64,000 nt of DNA from an uncultured Holophagales bacterium (GCA_963842525.1 CAWJGT010000009.1:544001-608000); one strand, 5' to 3'; shown: positions 1 through 12,659, numbered from the stretch's first letter. A program made the numbers and translations. The notes: generated by a model not told the origin, from the sequence alone.

Positions 1-45
1 AAAATCGAAGGGGTCGAATCCAGGAACAGCAAGAGACACACAGCC

Positions 46-108
46 ATGCAGAACCAGGAAACGACCCAAACCGAGCTCCTCTCCCTCCGGTGCCAGGGCG
101 GGTCTTAA
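46..108 (+). CDS. possible 20-aa small ORF (MQNQETTQTELLSLRCQGGS), or the 3' end of an upstream gene
   Basis: ATG at 46, TAA at 106-108; the stop lies inside the following terminator hairpin. The frame is also open from base 1. Confidence 0.3.
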   Translation: MQNQETTQTELLSLRCQGGS

Positions 109-137
109 GCCCTCCGCCCGCCCTGGCCCTCTTTTTT
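92..137 (+). terminator. intrinsic terminator
   Basis: GCCAGGGCGGG / CCCGCCCTGGC 11-bp stem followed by CCTCTTTTTT. Confidence 0.75.
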
Positions 138-207
138 CTCCTCCCTAGTGCGACGAGGCCGAGCGCCCCAAAGGCAGATTCCGGGGCCTGTCCCATATAA
201 TCACCCT

Positions 208-1512
208 GTGAGCGACGCCAATGGGGGGGAGCCTCGCATCGTCCCGCGATCCGAGCACCCCATCTCCCGCAGAGACATCAACACCAGCGCCGTCAAGGTC
301 CTGTACCGGCTCAACAACGCGGGCTACCTGGCCTACATGGTGGGCGGCAGCGTCCGCGACCTGATTCTGGGCCGCACGCCGAAGGACTTCGACGTCGGCA
401 CCAACGCGCGGCCGAACGAGATCCGGCGCCTGTTCAGCAACTCGCGGATCATCGGCCGCCGGTTCCGCCTGGTGCACGTCTATTTCCATGACGGCAGCGC
501 CGTCGAGGTCTCGACCTTCCGCCGCGATCCCGACCCGGACGAGCAGCGCGGCGAGCCGGGCGAGCTCCTGATCACCAGCGACAACACCTACGGCACCCCG
601 CGCGAGGACGCCTTCCGCCGCGACTTCACCATCAACGCACTCTTCTACAACATCGCCGACTACTCGGTGATCGACCATACCGGGGGCATCGAGGACCTGC
701 AGCGCAAGCTCGTCCGGGTGATCGGGGATCCCGACCTGCGGTTCCGCGAGGACCCGGTCCGCATGCTGCGCGCCTGCGAGTTCGCCGGCCGCCTGGGGTT
801 CGGCATCGACCAACAGACGCAGGAGGCTATCCAGCGCCACCGCAAGGAGCTGGAGAAGGCCTCGCCGGCGCGGGTGACCGAGGAGATCGCCCAGCTCCTG
901 CGCTGCGGCCACGCCGGCGCCGCCATGCAATGGATGCTGGAGCTCGGCCTGCTCGAGGTCCTGCTCCCCGAGGCCGATGCCATGCTGACCGCCGGGCGGC
1001 GGGGGATGGGGGACTTCGGCCAGATCCTGCCGGTGATCGACCGCATGGTCGCCGCCGAGCGGGCGCTCCCCGATTCGGCGCTGCTCGCCGCCCTGCTGCT
1101 GCCCAAGGTCATGCTCCGGCGCGACGACCTCGAGGCGGCGCTCAAGCGGCCGATGAGCCGGTCGGAGATCGAGGTCATGATCCAGGAGGAGATCAGCCCG
1201 TTCTTCGCCCGCTTCACCGTCTCGAACCTGAAGACCCTGCAGATCAACCAGGCCCTGATCGGCTTCCAGCGCCTCTGCGAGCCCGGCTGGGCCTTCCACG
1301 AGCGGGTGAAGCTCTCCCGCAAGCCCTGGTTCGAGGACGCGCTGCTGCTCTTCGAAATCCTGGTCGAGGCCACGGGCGAGGGCGGCGAGGCGCTCGCCGA
1401 GTGGCTGGCCGCGGCGCGGCGCCGGCCTCCCCTCAAGGCTCCTCCGGGAGCAGAAGCGCGCTCCCGGCCACGCCGCCGGCGCCGGCGGCGTCCGGCCGGC
1501 GCGGCGGTTTAG
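208..1512 (+). CDS. pcnB: poly(A) polymerase I
   Basis: Motifs VGGSVRDL..G..PKDFDV, IIGRRFRLVHV (PAP I signature), DAFRRDFTINAL, EDPVRMLRA and an Arg-rich tail. GTG at 208 lies 6 nt after TATAAT (196-201). Confidence 0.9.
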   Translation: MSDANGGEPRIVPRSEHPISRRDINTSAVKVLYRLNNAGYLAYMVGGSVRDLILGRTPKDFDVGTNARPNEIRRLFSNSRIIGRRFRLVHVYFHDGSAVEVSTFRRDPDPDEQRGEPGELLITSDNTYGTPREDAFRRDFTINALFYNIADYSVIDHTGGIEDLQRKLVRVIGDPDLRFREDPVRMLRACEFAGRLGFGIDQQTQEAIQRHRKELEKASPARVTEEIAQLLRCGHAGAAMQWMLELGLLEVLLPEADAMLTAGRRGMGDFGQILPVIDRMVAAERALPDSALLAALLLPKVMLRRDDLEAALKRPMSRSEIEVMIQEEISPFFARFTVSNLKTLQINQALIGFQRLCEPGWAFHERVKLSRKPWFEDALLLFEILVEATGEGGEALAEWLAAARRRPPLKAPPGAEARSRPRRRRRRRPAGAAV

Positions 1513-1528
1513 GATCCCATTCCCGCCC

Positions 1529-1546
1529 TTGTGACGACTGTCACAA
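1529..1546. promoter_or_regulatory. CRP/FNR-family-like (or Rex-like) palindromic site upstream of sdhCAB
   Basis: TTGTGAcgactgTCACAA contains a perfect TGTGA-N6-TCACA. Confidence 0.6.
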
Positions 1547-1609
1547 ACTCGGCGCAGTTGACATAGGATACGGACGGGGCGCGCGCTTCGAGCCCCGAGA
1601 GGAAAGGGA

Positions 1610-2287
1610 ATGTCCTGGTTTTCCGAGCTCTACAGATCCGCGGTCGGCAAGAAGGCGGTGATGGCCGTGACCGGCATCATCCTCTTCGGCTTCGTGCTGC
1701 TGCACATGATCGGCAACCTCCATCTGTACGAAGGTCCGGGCCATCTCGACGACTATGGCGTGTTCCTGCGCCAGGTCGGAGCGCCGGCGATTCCGCCGAA
1801 CGGCGTTCTCTGGATCATGCGGCTCGTGCTGCTCGCCTCCGTCGTCCTCCACATCTGGGCCGCCTGGCAGGTCACGCGGATGAGCCGGCAGGCGCGCCCC
1901 GTCGCCTACCGGAAGCGCGACCGGGTGGCGATAAGCTATGCGTCGCGGACCATGCGATGGGGCGGCGTCATCATCGCCCTGTTCATCATCTACCACATCC
2001 TGCACTTCACGACGGGGACCGTCCATCCGGACTTCCAGGAAGGGGCCGTCTACCATAACGTGGTGGTTGGCTTTTCGATCTGGTGGGTGTCGCTCTTCTA
2101 CATCGTGGCGCAGGTCGCCCTGGGATTCCACCTCTACCATGGGGTCTGGAGCCTGTTCCAGTCGCTGGGGTGGAACCATCCGCGGTTCAACCGCTGGCGC
2201 GACACCTTCGCCCATGCCTTCGCCTGGATCGTCACCGTGGGCAATATCTCATTTCCGTTGGCCGTGCTGACCGGCCTGGTCCAATAG
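1610..2287 (+). CDS. sdhC: succinate dehydrogenase/fumarate reductase cytochrome b subunit
   Basis: SAVGKKAVMAVTG..HMIGNL, five TM helices, heme-ligand His residues; first gene of the operon. Confidence 0.92.
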   Translation: MSWFSELYRSAVGKKAVMAVTGIILFGFVLLHMIGNLHLYEGPGHLDDYGVFLRQVGAPAIPPNGVLWIMRLVLLASVVLHIWAAWQVTRMSRQARPVAYRKRDRVAISYASRTMRWGGVIIALFIIYHILHFTTGTVHPDFQEGAVYHNVVVGFSIWWVSLFYIVAQVALGFHLYHGVWSLFQSLGWNHPRFNRWRDTFAHAFAWIVTVGNISFPLAVLTGLVQ

Positions 2288-2307
2288 CCCGCTAGGAGCC
2301 GTCCGTC

Positions 2308-4218
<1,911 letters not shown>

Positions 4219-4219
<1 letters not shown>

Positions 4220-4986
4220 TGGACCTCAAGCTCTACGTCTGGCGTCAGGCCGGACCCGGCAAACCGGGCAAGATGGTGCGCTACGAGGCGAAGGGGGTCA
4301 ACGAGCACGCCTCGTTCCTGGAGATGCTCGACGTCCTCAACCAGCAGCTCATCGAGCGGGGGGAGGACCCGATCGCCTTCGACCACGACTGCCGCGAAGG
4401 GATCTGCGGCTCCTGCGGCTTCATGATCAACGGCGAGGCGCACGGCCCCTTGCCGCACACGACCGTCTGCCAGCTCCACATGCGCCATTTCAAGAGCGGC
4501 GACACCCTGTACCTGGAGCCCTGGCGGTCGCGGGCATTCCCTCTCGTCAAGGACCTGATGGTCGACCGCGCCGCCTTCGACCGCATCGTCCAGGCGGGCG
4601 GCTACATCTCGGTCTCGACCGGCAGCGCGCCGGAGGCGAACCTGATCCCGGTGCCCAAGCCGCTGGCCGATCGCGCCTTCGAAGCCGCCGAGTGCATCGG
4701 CTGCGGAGCCTGCGTGGCCCAGTGTCCCAACGGCGCCGCGCAGCTCTTCACCGGCGCCAAGGTCTCCCACCTCGGCCTCCTGCCGCAGGGCCAGCCCGAG
4801 CGCGACCAGCGCGCCGTCTCCATGGTCGAGGCCATGGAGCTGCAGGGCTTCGGCGCCTGCTCCAACTACCGCGAGTGCGAAGCCGTCTGTCCCAAGGGGA
4901 TCTCCATCGACTTCATCGCCCGTATGAACCGCGACTACCTCAAGGCCAAGGCGCGCGGCGAGGTCAAGGTGCCGCTGGGGGAGTAG
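4219..4986 (+). CDS. sdhB: succinate dehydrogenase iron-sulfur subunit
   Basis: [21 protein letters not shown] and [12 protein letters not shown]; ATG overlaps the sdhA stop (TAATG). Confidence 0.93.
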
Positions 4987-5027
4987 GGGCGAATCATCTC
5001 GGGCGCTTTTCTTCGCAGGCCGCCATT

Positions 5028-5149
5028 CGCGTAGGGGCGGGTTTGGGGGAATGGGTGGTGGGGCAACCCGCCCTGGGTGGGGGAAATCTCCGCCACCCAC
5101 CCGGGGCGGGTCGCGCCACCGCCCGCCCGTCCAGACCCGCCCCTACGCG
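5028..5149. repeat. REPIN-like element (inverted GTAG-type REP pair), copy 1
   Basis: CGCGTAGGGGCGGGT ... ACCCGCCCCTACGCG terminal inverted repeat; near-identical to 5689-5809. Confidence 0.85.
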
Positions 5150-5652
5150 AGGCGGACAGGGTTTTCCTGGTCCATGTCCCATTTCGCGGGATTCTCAAGA
5201 ATGTAGCGTCTGGCTCGCACCAATTCCTCCTCATCCCGTAAGACTCGTTCGTAGTAATTGCGCTGCCATACCGGGATGCCTTTGGTGCCGTTTCTTGCAT
5301 TGATTCGTCGTGCGGAAAATGCCTTGAAGGCTCGGATGGCTTCTGACAGATCATGTCGCCGGGTGGCAGCCGAGATCGGCAGCTCTCTGAGCTCGAAGAT
5401 CCCATGGACATGATTCGGCATGACCACGAAGACATCCAAGGCTACATGCGGGTAGTGCTTGGGTAGGTCCGCCCAGCAATTGGCCACTGTGGTACCAGCC
5501 CGGTTCAGGCGCATTTCTCCATTCACGATCTCCCCGAATATGCAGCTCCGGTCGTGCGAGCAGAAAGTGACGAAGTAGAAGCCTGTTCTGGAGTAATCGT
5601 ATCTGGGGAGCCGTATCGATCGGCGGTGGTGTTTCTCCGCATCGAATTTCAT
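5143..5652 (-). mobile_element. REP-associated tyrosine transposase (RAYT; Y1 HUH, IS200/IS605-like)
   Basis: RRSIRLPRYDYS..GFYFVT, HUH motif MPNHVHGI, WQRNYYE and YILENP; flanked by REPINs. Confidence 0.9.
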
Positions 5653-5688
5653 GGAGACGTATTCTACGTTACTTCGGAGTGCGTGTTT

Positions 5689-5809
5689 CGCGTAGGGGCG
5701 GGTTTGGGGGAATGGGTGGTGGGGCAACCCGCCCTGGGTGGGGGAAATTCCCGCCTCCCCCCGGGACGGGTCGCGCCATCAGCCGCCCACCCAGACCCGC
5801 CCCAACGCG
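5689..5809. repeat. REPIN-like element, copy 2
   Basis: Same ~120-bp unit as 5028-5149. Confidence 0.85.
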
Positions 5810-5850
5810 AGGTAGACGGATCTTTCTGTCGGGATCGTGGGCAGTCCCCT

Positions 5851-5905
5851 CCCACCCGGGGCGGGTCGCGCCACCAACCCGCCCGTCCAGACCCGCCCCT
5901 ACGCG
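5851..5905. repeat. partial REPIN, copy 3 (right half)
   Basis: CCCACCCGGGGCGGGTCGCGCCACC...CCAGACCCGCCCCTACGCG. Confidence 0.8.
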
Positions 5906-5918
5906 AGGCGCGCCATGT

Positions 5919-7136
5919 TCACCGGTTCCCTCCCGCCATCTTCGCCGCCTCGGGCAACCGCCGCAGGCGCAGCATGCTCCAGATGCCGAAGGCCGGCCCG
6001 AGGGCCAGGACTGCGAAGGCCCATTGCCAGCCGATGAGGTCGCGCAGGGGCGGGATCATGCGGATGGTGAAAAGGGTGAGGAGGAAGCCGAGGCTGGTCT
6101 GGAGGGTCAGGGCCGTTCCCACATAGCGCGGATCGGCCAGCTCGCTCACCGCGGCGCTGAACTGGGCGCTGTCGGCGACCACCGCGAAGCCCCAGAAGAG
6201 GCAGAGGGCCGTCAGGAGCCCGGGCCGGTGAAAGAGGAAACCGGCGGTCAGCGCGCAGGCGCCGGAGGCGACCAGGCTCCACACCGTGACCCGTGAGCGG
6301 CCCAGACCGTCCGCCAGCTTGCCGGCGAGCACACAGCCGACGCTCCCCGCGGCGAGCACGCCGAAACCGGCAAGGCGGGCCGCGCGCGGGCTCCAGCCGG
6401 CCGCTTCGTAGCTCGCCAGCAGGAAGAGGGGCGCCCAGGTCCACATGGCGTAGAGCTCCCACATGTGACCCAGGTAGCCGAAGTTGGCGAGCCGCGTCGG
6501 CCGGTCCGTGAGCACGCGGCCGGCGAACCGCCAGTCGAAGGGTGGTGCCTTGCCCAGGTAGGGGCCGGGCCGGACGAAGAGGCCGCCGAGGACGGCCGCG
6601 GCCAGGGCGAACGCCGAGGTGAGCCAGAGGACGCCGCGCCAGGGGGGCATCCCTCCGGGCGTGACGTTCAGGAGGTGCGGGAGCCCCGAGCCGATCGTGA
6701 TCGCCCCGACGAGAAGGCCGATCCCCAGGCCGCGGTCGAGCCTGCACCACGAGGCCACGAGCTTCATCCCCGGCGGATAGACGCCGGCCAGCGCCATCCC
6801 GGTCAGGCAACGCAGGAGGAGAGCCGGGCCGGCCGCGTCCAGGAGCGGGACCGCCGCGTTGAAGCCTGCCGCGGCGAGAGCGCTCAGGCCGAACAACCGC
6901 TCCGCGGGGATCCGGTCGGAGAGGCTCAGCACCGCGGAGAGCAGCGCGCCGGCCACGAAGCCGATCTGGACGCTCATCGTCAGCCACGACTGCAGGCTGC
7001 CCGACAGGCCCCAGGCGGCCGTGAGCTGCGGCACCACGGCCGAGGCCGAGAACCAGACCGACATGGCGAGGAGCGAGGCCAAGGCGAGGAGGCCGATGGT
7101 CCGCCATTTGCCCGGGATTGGAGGATCGGTAGCCAT
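5919..7136 (-). CDS. MFS transporter
   Basis: About 12 hydrophobic segments; GKLADGLGR motif; start MATDPP. Confidence 0.85.
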   Translation of the reverse strand: MATDPPIPGKWRTIGLLALASLLAMSVWFSASAVVPQLTAAWGLSGSLQSWLTMSVQIGFVAGALLSAVLSLSDRIPAERLFGLSALAAAGFNAAVPLLDAAGPALLLRCLTGMALAGVYPPGMKLVASWCRLDRGLGIGLLVGAITIGSGLPHLLNVTPGGMPPWRGVLWLTSAFALAAAVLGGLFVRPGPYLGKAPPFDWRFAGRVLTDRPTRLANFGYLGHMWELYAMWTWAPLFLLASYEAAGWSPRAARLAGFGVLAAGSVGCVLAGKLADGLGRSRVTVWSLVASGACALTAGFLFHRPGLLTALCLFWGFAVVADSAQFSAAVSELADPRYVGTALTLQTSLGFLLTLFTIRMIPPLRDLIGWQWAFAVLALGPAFGIWSMLRLRRLPEAAKMAGGNR

Positions 7137-7234
7137 GGGGCGGCCGGTATCGTAGCAGGCCGTTCGGATGTATATTCTTCGTCGACGACCTGCCGTATCC
7201 GTCACAGGATGCTGTCTTCGACAGGGAGGAATCA

Positions 7235-10201
7235 ATGCCAAGGATCTGGCGTATCGTGGGGCTCAGTCTCATGCTGGTCCTGGCCTCGGCCGTGGGCGCG
7301 TCCGCCCAGTCCCAGGCCACCACCGGCGTCATCGAAGGGACAGTCATCGATCCGGAAGGGGGTGTGCTGCCGGGCGCGACCGTCACTCTCCGCAACACGG
7401 CGACCAACTTCGAGCAGGTCGTCACCACCGGACCCGAGGGCCGCTTCCGCGCCGTCCTGCTGCCGCTCGGCCCGTACCGCATCGCCGTGAGCCTCGACGG
7501 GTTCGCGAACCTGGTGCGCGAGGGAATCGAGCTGTCGGTCGGCCAGACGATCAACCTGCCGATCACGATGCAGCTCGCCGGCGTCGAGCAGGAGATCACC
7601 GTCACCGGCGAGGCGCCGGTCATCGAGACCAGCCGCACCGAGGGGATGGTCCGCATCGGCACCGACGCCGTCGAGGGGCTCCCCAACAACGGCCGCAACT
7701 TCCTCGACTACGCCAAGCTCACTCCCGGCGTGACCATCGTGCAGGGCCCCGACGGCGACGAGCTGTCGATCAACGGCCAGAAGGGCATCGCCAACAACAT
7801 CTCGGTGGACGGCGCCGACTTCAACAACCCCTTCTTCGGCGAGCAGCGCGGAGGCCAGCGCCCGCCCTTCACCTTCAATCTCGACGCGGTGCAGGAGGTG
7901 GTGGTGGTCGCCGACGGCGCCCCGGCCGAGTTCGGCCGCTCCGCGGGTGGCTTCGTCAACGTGGTCACCAAGTCGGGCACCAACCAGCTCTCCGGCACCG
8001 CCCACGTCTTCTTCAAGAACGACAGCCTGTCCTCGGACCCGCAGAAGCCGGGCGGCGGCACAATCCCGAGGAGGGCGACTCCAGCCAGAACCAGTTCGGC
8101 TTCACGCTCGGCGGGCCGCTCGTGCCGGACAAGGTGTTCTACTTCCTCGCCGCCGACGCGCAGCGCGGCGACGAGACCAAGCAGACCCAGGCCGGCCGCA
8201 TGGACGCGCGTCTGGTCGACTTCCTCGACTCGATCGGCATTCCGCAAGACGACGGCCCGATCGAGCGCTCCAACGACGCCGAGGTGGCGCTCGCCAAGCT
8301 CGACTGGTCTGTGTCGAATTCCAACCTCTTCACCCTCCGCTACTCCTATACCAACTCCGAGCAGCTCAACGGCACCTTCGACGTCGATCCTATGGCCGCT
8401 CCTCGAACGGCGTCGAGCAGGACTATTCGCACGCCGGCACCATCACCTGGATCTCGACGCTTTCTTCCTCGAACCTCAACGAGCTGCGCGCCCAGTACGC
8501 CAAGGAATGGCGGCCGCGGCCCTACGAGGGGCCGAACATCCCGGGCCAGGACCGGCCGTTCCCGGATACCTCGATCCTCTCCGTCGACAACCGCTTCGGC
8601 CTGCCGTTCTTCCTGCCCGTCGAGTACGACGACGACCGCACGCAGTTGACCGACAACTTCTCGATGCTGCGCACCAAGCACAACATCAAGATGGGCTTCG
8701 ACTACAACGAAGTGGCGTCGTCGCAGACGTTCATCGGCTTCGCCAACGGCAAGTTCTTCTTCACCAGCGTGGACGGCTTCATCAATTACGTCAACAACCC
8801 GAGCTACGTCGAATGCTCGAACGCCGCCGGCCAGTTCGTCACCGGCTCACAGAGCGGCGTCTGCCCGGCGGGCCTGACGGTCTCCGGCCCGGTGGTCCTC
8901 TACCTGCAGCAGGCGGGCGTCGGCAACCTGACGGCGGAGGACGCCGGCACGCAGACCATCAAGCAGAAGGAGCCGGCGCTCTTCGTGCAGGACGAGTGGC
9001 ACCCGACCGCCAACCTGACCGTCCAGATGGGGCTGCGCTGGGAGGGCCTCGACAACCCCGACACGCGCACTCCGGCCGATGAGGTCTTCTTCGCGCCGTT
9101 CATCGGCCAGACCCGCAACGGCCAGGAATTCCCCTCGGACGGCAACATCCCCGACGACATGGAGATGTGGCAGCCGCGCCTCGGCATCTCGTGGGCGCCC
9201 GACGACAAGAGCGTGGTGCGCATGACCGCCGGCGTCTTCCACGCCCGCCTGCCGGCCTTGAACCTGGCCTCGACGCGCTCGACCAACGGCTCGATCGGCC
9301 AGACGCTCTTCCGCAACAGCTTCCTGGGCTCGATCGGTGCGCTGCCGCCGCCGCCGGACTACCGCACCTTGATCGATGCGCGCGGCGCGCCGGTTTTCTT
9401 CCCCGACGTCTTCGTCTACGACAAGGACTGGCAGACTCCGCGCACCACGGCGACCTCGCTCTCCTGGGAGCGTGAGGTGGCGCCCGGTCTGGCGCTGCTC
9501 GTCAAGGGCAACTACGCCAAGACCGACCACATCACGCGCTTCGTCAATCGCAACGACGCGCGCTTCGGCTCGCCCTGGACGACTCCGGTCTGCCGCCGGG
9601 CGGGGCCAACGGCATCAACACCCTGACCTCGGTCGAGTCCACCGCCAAGAGCCGCTACTGGGGCGTGACGGTGGGCGCCAACAAGCGGATGACGGGCAAC
9701 TACTCCTTCCAGGCCTACTACACCTACTCGCAGGACAAGTCGGACGACGACAACGAGCGCGACCCATTCACCTTCCGCTACGTCGACCCCCGGCACCTCG
9801 ACCGCGAGTACAACTGGTCCGACCGCGACCAGCGCCATCGCTTCAACGGGCTGGCGCTCTTCCGCCTGCCCTGGGATCTGGATCTGAACGCCCGCTATTC
9901 CTACCGCTCGGCGCAGCCCAGGTCGGTCGCCAACCGCGTGCGACCCGACGGCACCATCATCCTGCGCAACACCGAGCGCAAGGACAACGAGTTCAACTCG
10001 CTCGACCTGCGGCTGGCGAAGACCTTCGACTTCGGCCGCATCGCGCTCGAGCCGATCGTCGAGGTCTTCAATGTCTTCGACGAGCCGAACTTCCTCCGCC
10101 CGGAGGTCACCAACGGCGTCGCGGCGAGCTTCGACGGCACCATCCGCTCGGGCGGCGGCGACCCGCGGCAGGTGCAGGTGGGCGTGCGGCTGGTGTTCTG
10201 A
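7235..10201 (+). CDS. TonB-dependent receptor (Oar-like, N-terminal carboxypeptidase-regulatory-like domain); three frameshifts (~8070, ~8390, ~9585)
   Basis: Signal peptide, GTVIDPEGGVLPGATV, LPNNGRNFLD, AEFGRSAGG..NVVTKSG and C-terminal RQVQVGVRLVF; spread over four ORFs. Confidence 0.88.
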
Positions 10202-10263
10202 TCCTCACCCTCCGGTCCCCCGTCTCCCATCGCTCTTTTCCGATCGGGAGAGGGGGGCCTCGC

Positions 10264-10662
10264 TCACGCCGGATTCGAGCCGTCCGGCGCGGCCTTGTAA
10301 TAGGTAATCTCCAGTGGATTGCCGTCGGGGTCGTCGAAATAGATCGACCAGGCGATGTCATGGTCGACCGGACCCCGGAAGGGAACGCCCAGCTCTCGCA
10401 GGTGCTCCTGCGCGGCCGCGAAGCCTTCCGGACCAGTCTGCCAGGCGGTGAGGTGCCAGTGCGGCGCGGAGCCGTTCGCCCCTCTCTCGCCGCGCGCCTG
10501 AAAGAGCGCGAGCATCGTGCCGCCGATGCCGATCATGATCGGGTGAGGCTCGAACCGGCAGACCTCCCGCAGGCCGAGCACCTCGGCGTACCAGCGCACC
10601 GAGGCCTCCAGGTCCTTCACGAACACCTCTACATGGTCGATCTGCCGGACGGAGAACGGCAT
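10264..10662 (-). CDS. VOC/glyoxalase family protein
   Basis: IDHVEVFVKDLEASVRWY ... SIYFDDPDGNPLEI. Confidence 0.88.
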   Translation of the reverse strand: MPFSVRQIDHVEVFVKDLEASVRWYAEVLGLREVCRFEPHPIMIGIGGTMLALFQARGERGANGSAPHWHLTAWQTGPEGFAAAQEHLRELGVPFRGPVDHDIAWSIYFDDPDGNPLEITYYKAAPDGSNPA

Positions 10663-10753
10663 GGGGGGAATTGTACTGAAACAGGGTGCTTCCTGCTCTA
10701 TTAGGATTAGGAGCACCCATGGCCCGCGACCGGCGCTTGGCCTTCAAGCTCAC

Positions 10754-11089
10754 CTATCTCTGGCAGCGGTAGAGCCGCGGCGGCGCGCCGCGGCGCTCTG
10801 CGATCTCGCGTTCCAGATCGTCCCAGTCGAGCAGAGGAACACCCGACCTCTCGATTTCCTCCCGAGCGCGCAGCATCTTCTGAACAAGCGCTGCTTGGGT
10901 CTCTTCATCGAGCTCTTTTTCCGGCGGACGCTCCAGGGAAAGCGGGAGGCCGAAGAGGCCCGAGAGAAGGAGGAGCGGCGGGAGAGGCGGAACCGAGAGG
11001 CCCGGGAGCGGCGCCAGCGCCGGAAGACGGAGGCCCGCAAGTAGCAGGATCGGGGGTGGTCGATGGGCCGCCCCCTCATTCCCATCCAA
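10754..11089 (-). CDS. small hypothetical protein; C-terminal half is antitoxin-like; start uncertain
   Basis: Charged helical segment KMLRAREEIERSGVPLLDWDDLEREIAERRG looks coding; the N-terminal part is low complexity. Confidence 0.35.
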   Translation of the reverse strand: MDGNEGAAHRPPPILLLAGLRLPALAPLPGLSVPPLPPLLLLSGLFGLPLSLERPPEKELDEETQAALVQKMLRAREEIERSGVPLLDWDDLEREIAERRGAPPRLYRCQR

Positions 11090-11269
11090 TACATCACCTT
11101 ACATCACCTCTGACTTGAGCGGATCCCACGCCGTCACCGGGTCGGGGATCGAAACGGCCCGATGGCTCCTCCAGTGCTGTCAGCGCGGATACGAGCTTTC
11201 AACCCTTGGGGGCCGGCTTTCTGCCGGCCCCGTCACCCCGCTTGGAGCTGCGCTAGACTCTCTCTACGA

Positions 11270-12238
11270 ATGACCAAAAGCTTCGACGTCTTCCTGAGCC
11301 ACAACAGCAAGGACAAGCCCGCCGTCCGCGAGCTTGCCGAGGCGCTTCGTGCCCGGGGCCTGAAAGTGTGGCTGGACGAGTGGGAACTGGTCCCGGGCCG
11401 CCCCTGGCAGGAAGCGCTGGAAGAGGTCGTCGAGACTACCCGGTCTTCGGCCGTGCTGGTCGGCAAGGACGGTCTTGGTCCCTGGCAAGACGCAGAGATG
11501 CGAAGCTGTCTCACTGAGTTCGTGGCCAGCAACCTGCCCGTGATCCCCGTGCTCCTGCCTGATGCTCCTTCCGAGCCTAGGTTGCCTCTTTTCCTGAGGC
11601 GGTTCACATGGGTCGATCTGCGAGGTGGGCTGACCGAGGAGGGGCTCGACCGACTCCAGTGGGGAGTTACCGGCAATCGACCCGATCGGTCGAAGCTTCC
11701 AGTGCTTCCTACTGTGCCCCCAGAAGTGGCGGTAGCTGCGGCGGAGGCGCAACCGGCATCTGCGGCGCCACCTGAGCGCGCCCGCAACAAAGTAGGGCTC
11801 CCAACCGAACTCTCTCAAAAGGGCTGGGTCCGCCTTGGGCACGAGGATAAGGCCTATGTTTTCATCAGCTATTCGCATGTGGACAAGAACCATGCTGCCG
11901 AGCTGGCTCGGCGACTCGAAAGGGCTAGAATTCAGTACTTCCTCGACATAGAGGAGTCTATTGCTCTTGGAACTAGACTTGACACAATAGTTAGAGAATC
12001 TCTAGACAACGCGAGCCATATGGTTGTTCTGATTTCGCCGGCAATGGCACAGTCCGCATGGGTACCGTATGAGATGGGGTATGCTCGGGCCAAAGAAATC
12101 ATCGTGATACCGTATCTGCTGCATGGCGACATGTCAGTCCCTGCGTTCATTGCTAATCATCGGTATGTAAGGGAGGAAGATATAGACGCTCTGATCAATA
12201 TGTTGAAGGGATATCGTAGAACGGTTAGCTCTGGATAG
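11270..12238 (+). CDS. tandem TIR-TIR domain protein
   Basis: FDVFLSHNSKDK...WQDAEM and YVFISYSHVDK...SAWVPYEMG, joined by a Pro/Ala linker. Confidence 0.85.
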   Translation: MTKSFDVFLSHNSKDKPAVRELAEALRARGLKVWLDEWELVPGRPWQEALEEVVETTRSSAVLVGKDGLGPWQDAEMRSCLTEFVASNLPVIPVLLPDAPSEPRLPLFLRRFTWVDLRGGLTEEGLDRLQWGVTGNRPDRSKLPVLPTVPPEVAVAAAEAQPASAAPPERARNKVGLPTELSQKGWVRLGHEDKAYVFISYSHVDKNHAAELARRLERARIQYFLDIEESIALGTRLDTIVRESLDNASHMVVLISPAMAQSAWVPYEMGYARAKEIIVIPYLLHGDMSVPAFIANHRYVREEDIDALINMLKGYRRTVSSG

Positions 12239-12570
12239 ACCCTTCTGCTTGCTCCACCTCTTCCCGCTTCTCTTCCTCTTCCCGCCCCCTGAACCACCAA
12301 AAAAGACCGCCGGCCATCGGCCGCTTCCGGTTCAATCGGCCCGCTGGGTCAGCCTCGACACGACACCCTCGCCCCTGCCCCCGCCCACCCTCCTCCCCGT
12401 GCGGCTCTGTGTGGCCCCAGGCTCCTGGGCCATGCCACGGGCCAGCCACCGAAACGTCCTAAGTATCTGTACTGTAGTGAGTTACGCGATGCCCAGGGAC
12501 AGAATTGCACTGCCGACACCGTGATTTTCAGTCCGATGCCCTGCTCCGGTGGCAGCCGGTTGCGGGGCAT

Positions 12571-12610
12571 TTACCGGTCTTTACCGGCATTTACCGGGTT
12601 TCACCGGGGA
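12571..12610. repeat. four T(T/C)ACCGG motifs at 10-bp period
   Basis: ttaccggtct ttaccggcat ttaccgggtt tcaccgggga. Confidence 0.7.
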
Positions 12611-12659
12611 TTCATGAGGGAGGCCCGGCAACCGCGGCATTTCGGCGTGCACGGTCCGA

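Noticed and set aside
12225-12449. Third DPxG peptide (EADPAG) next to a CCGGCGGTCTTTTT terminator-like tract
   Set aside because: No signal peptide, RBS, repeat or upstream motif; probably chance.
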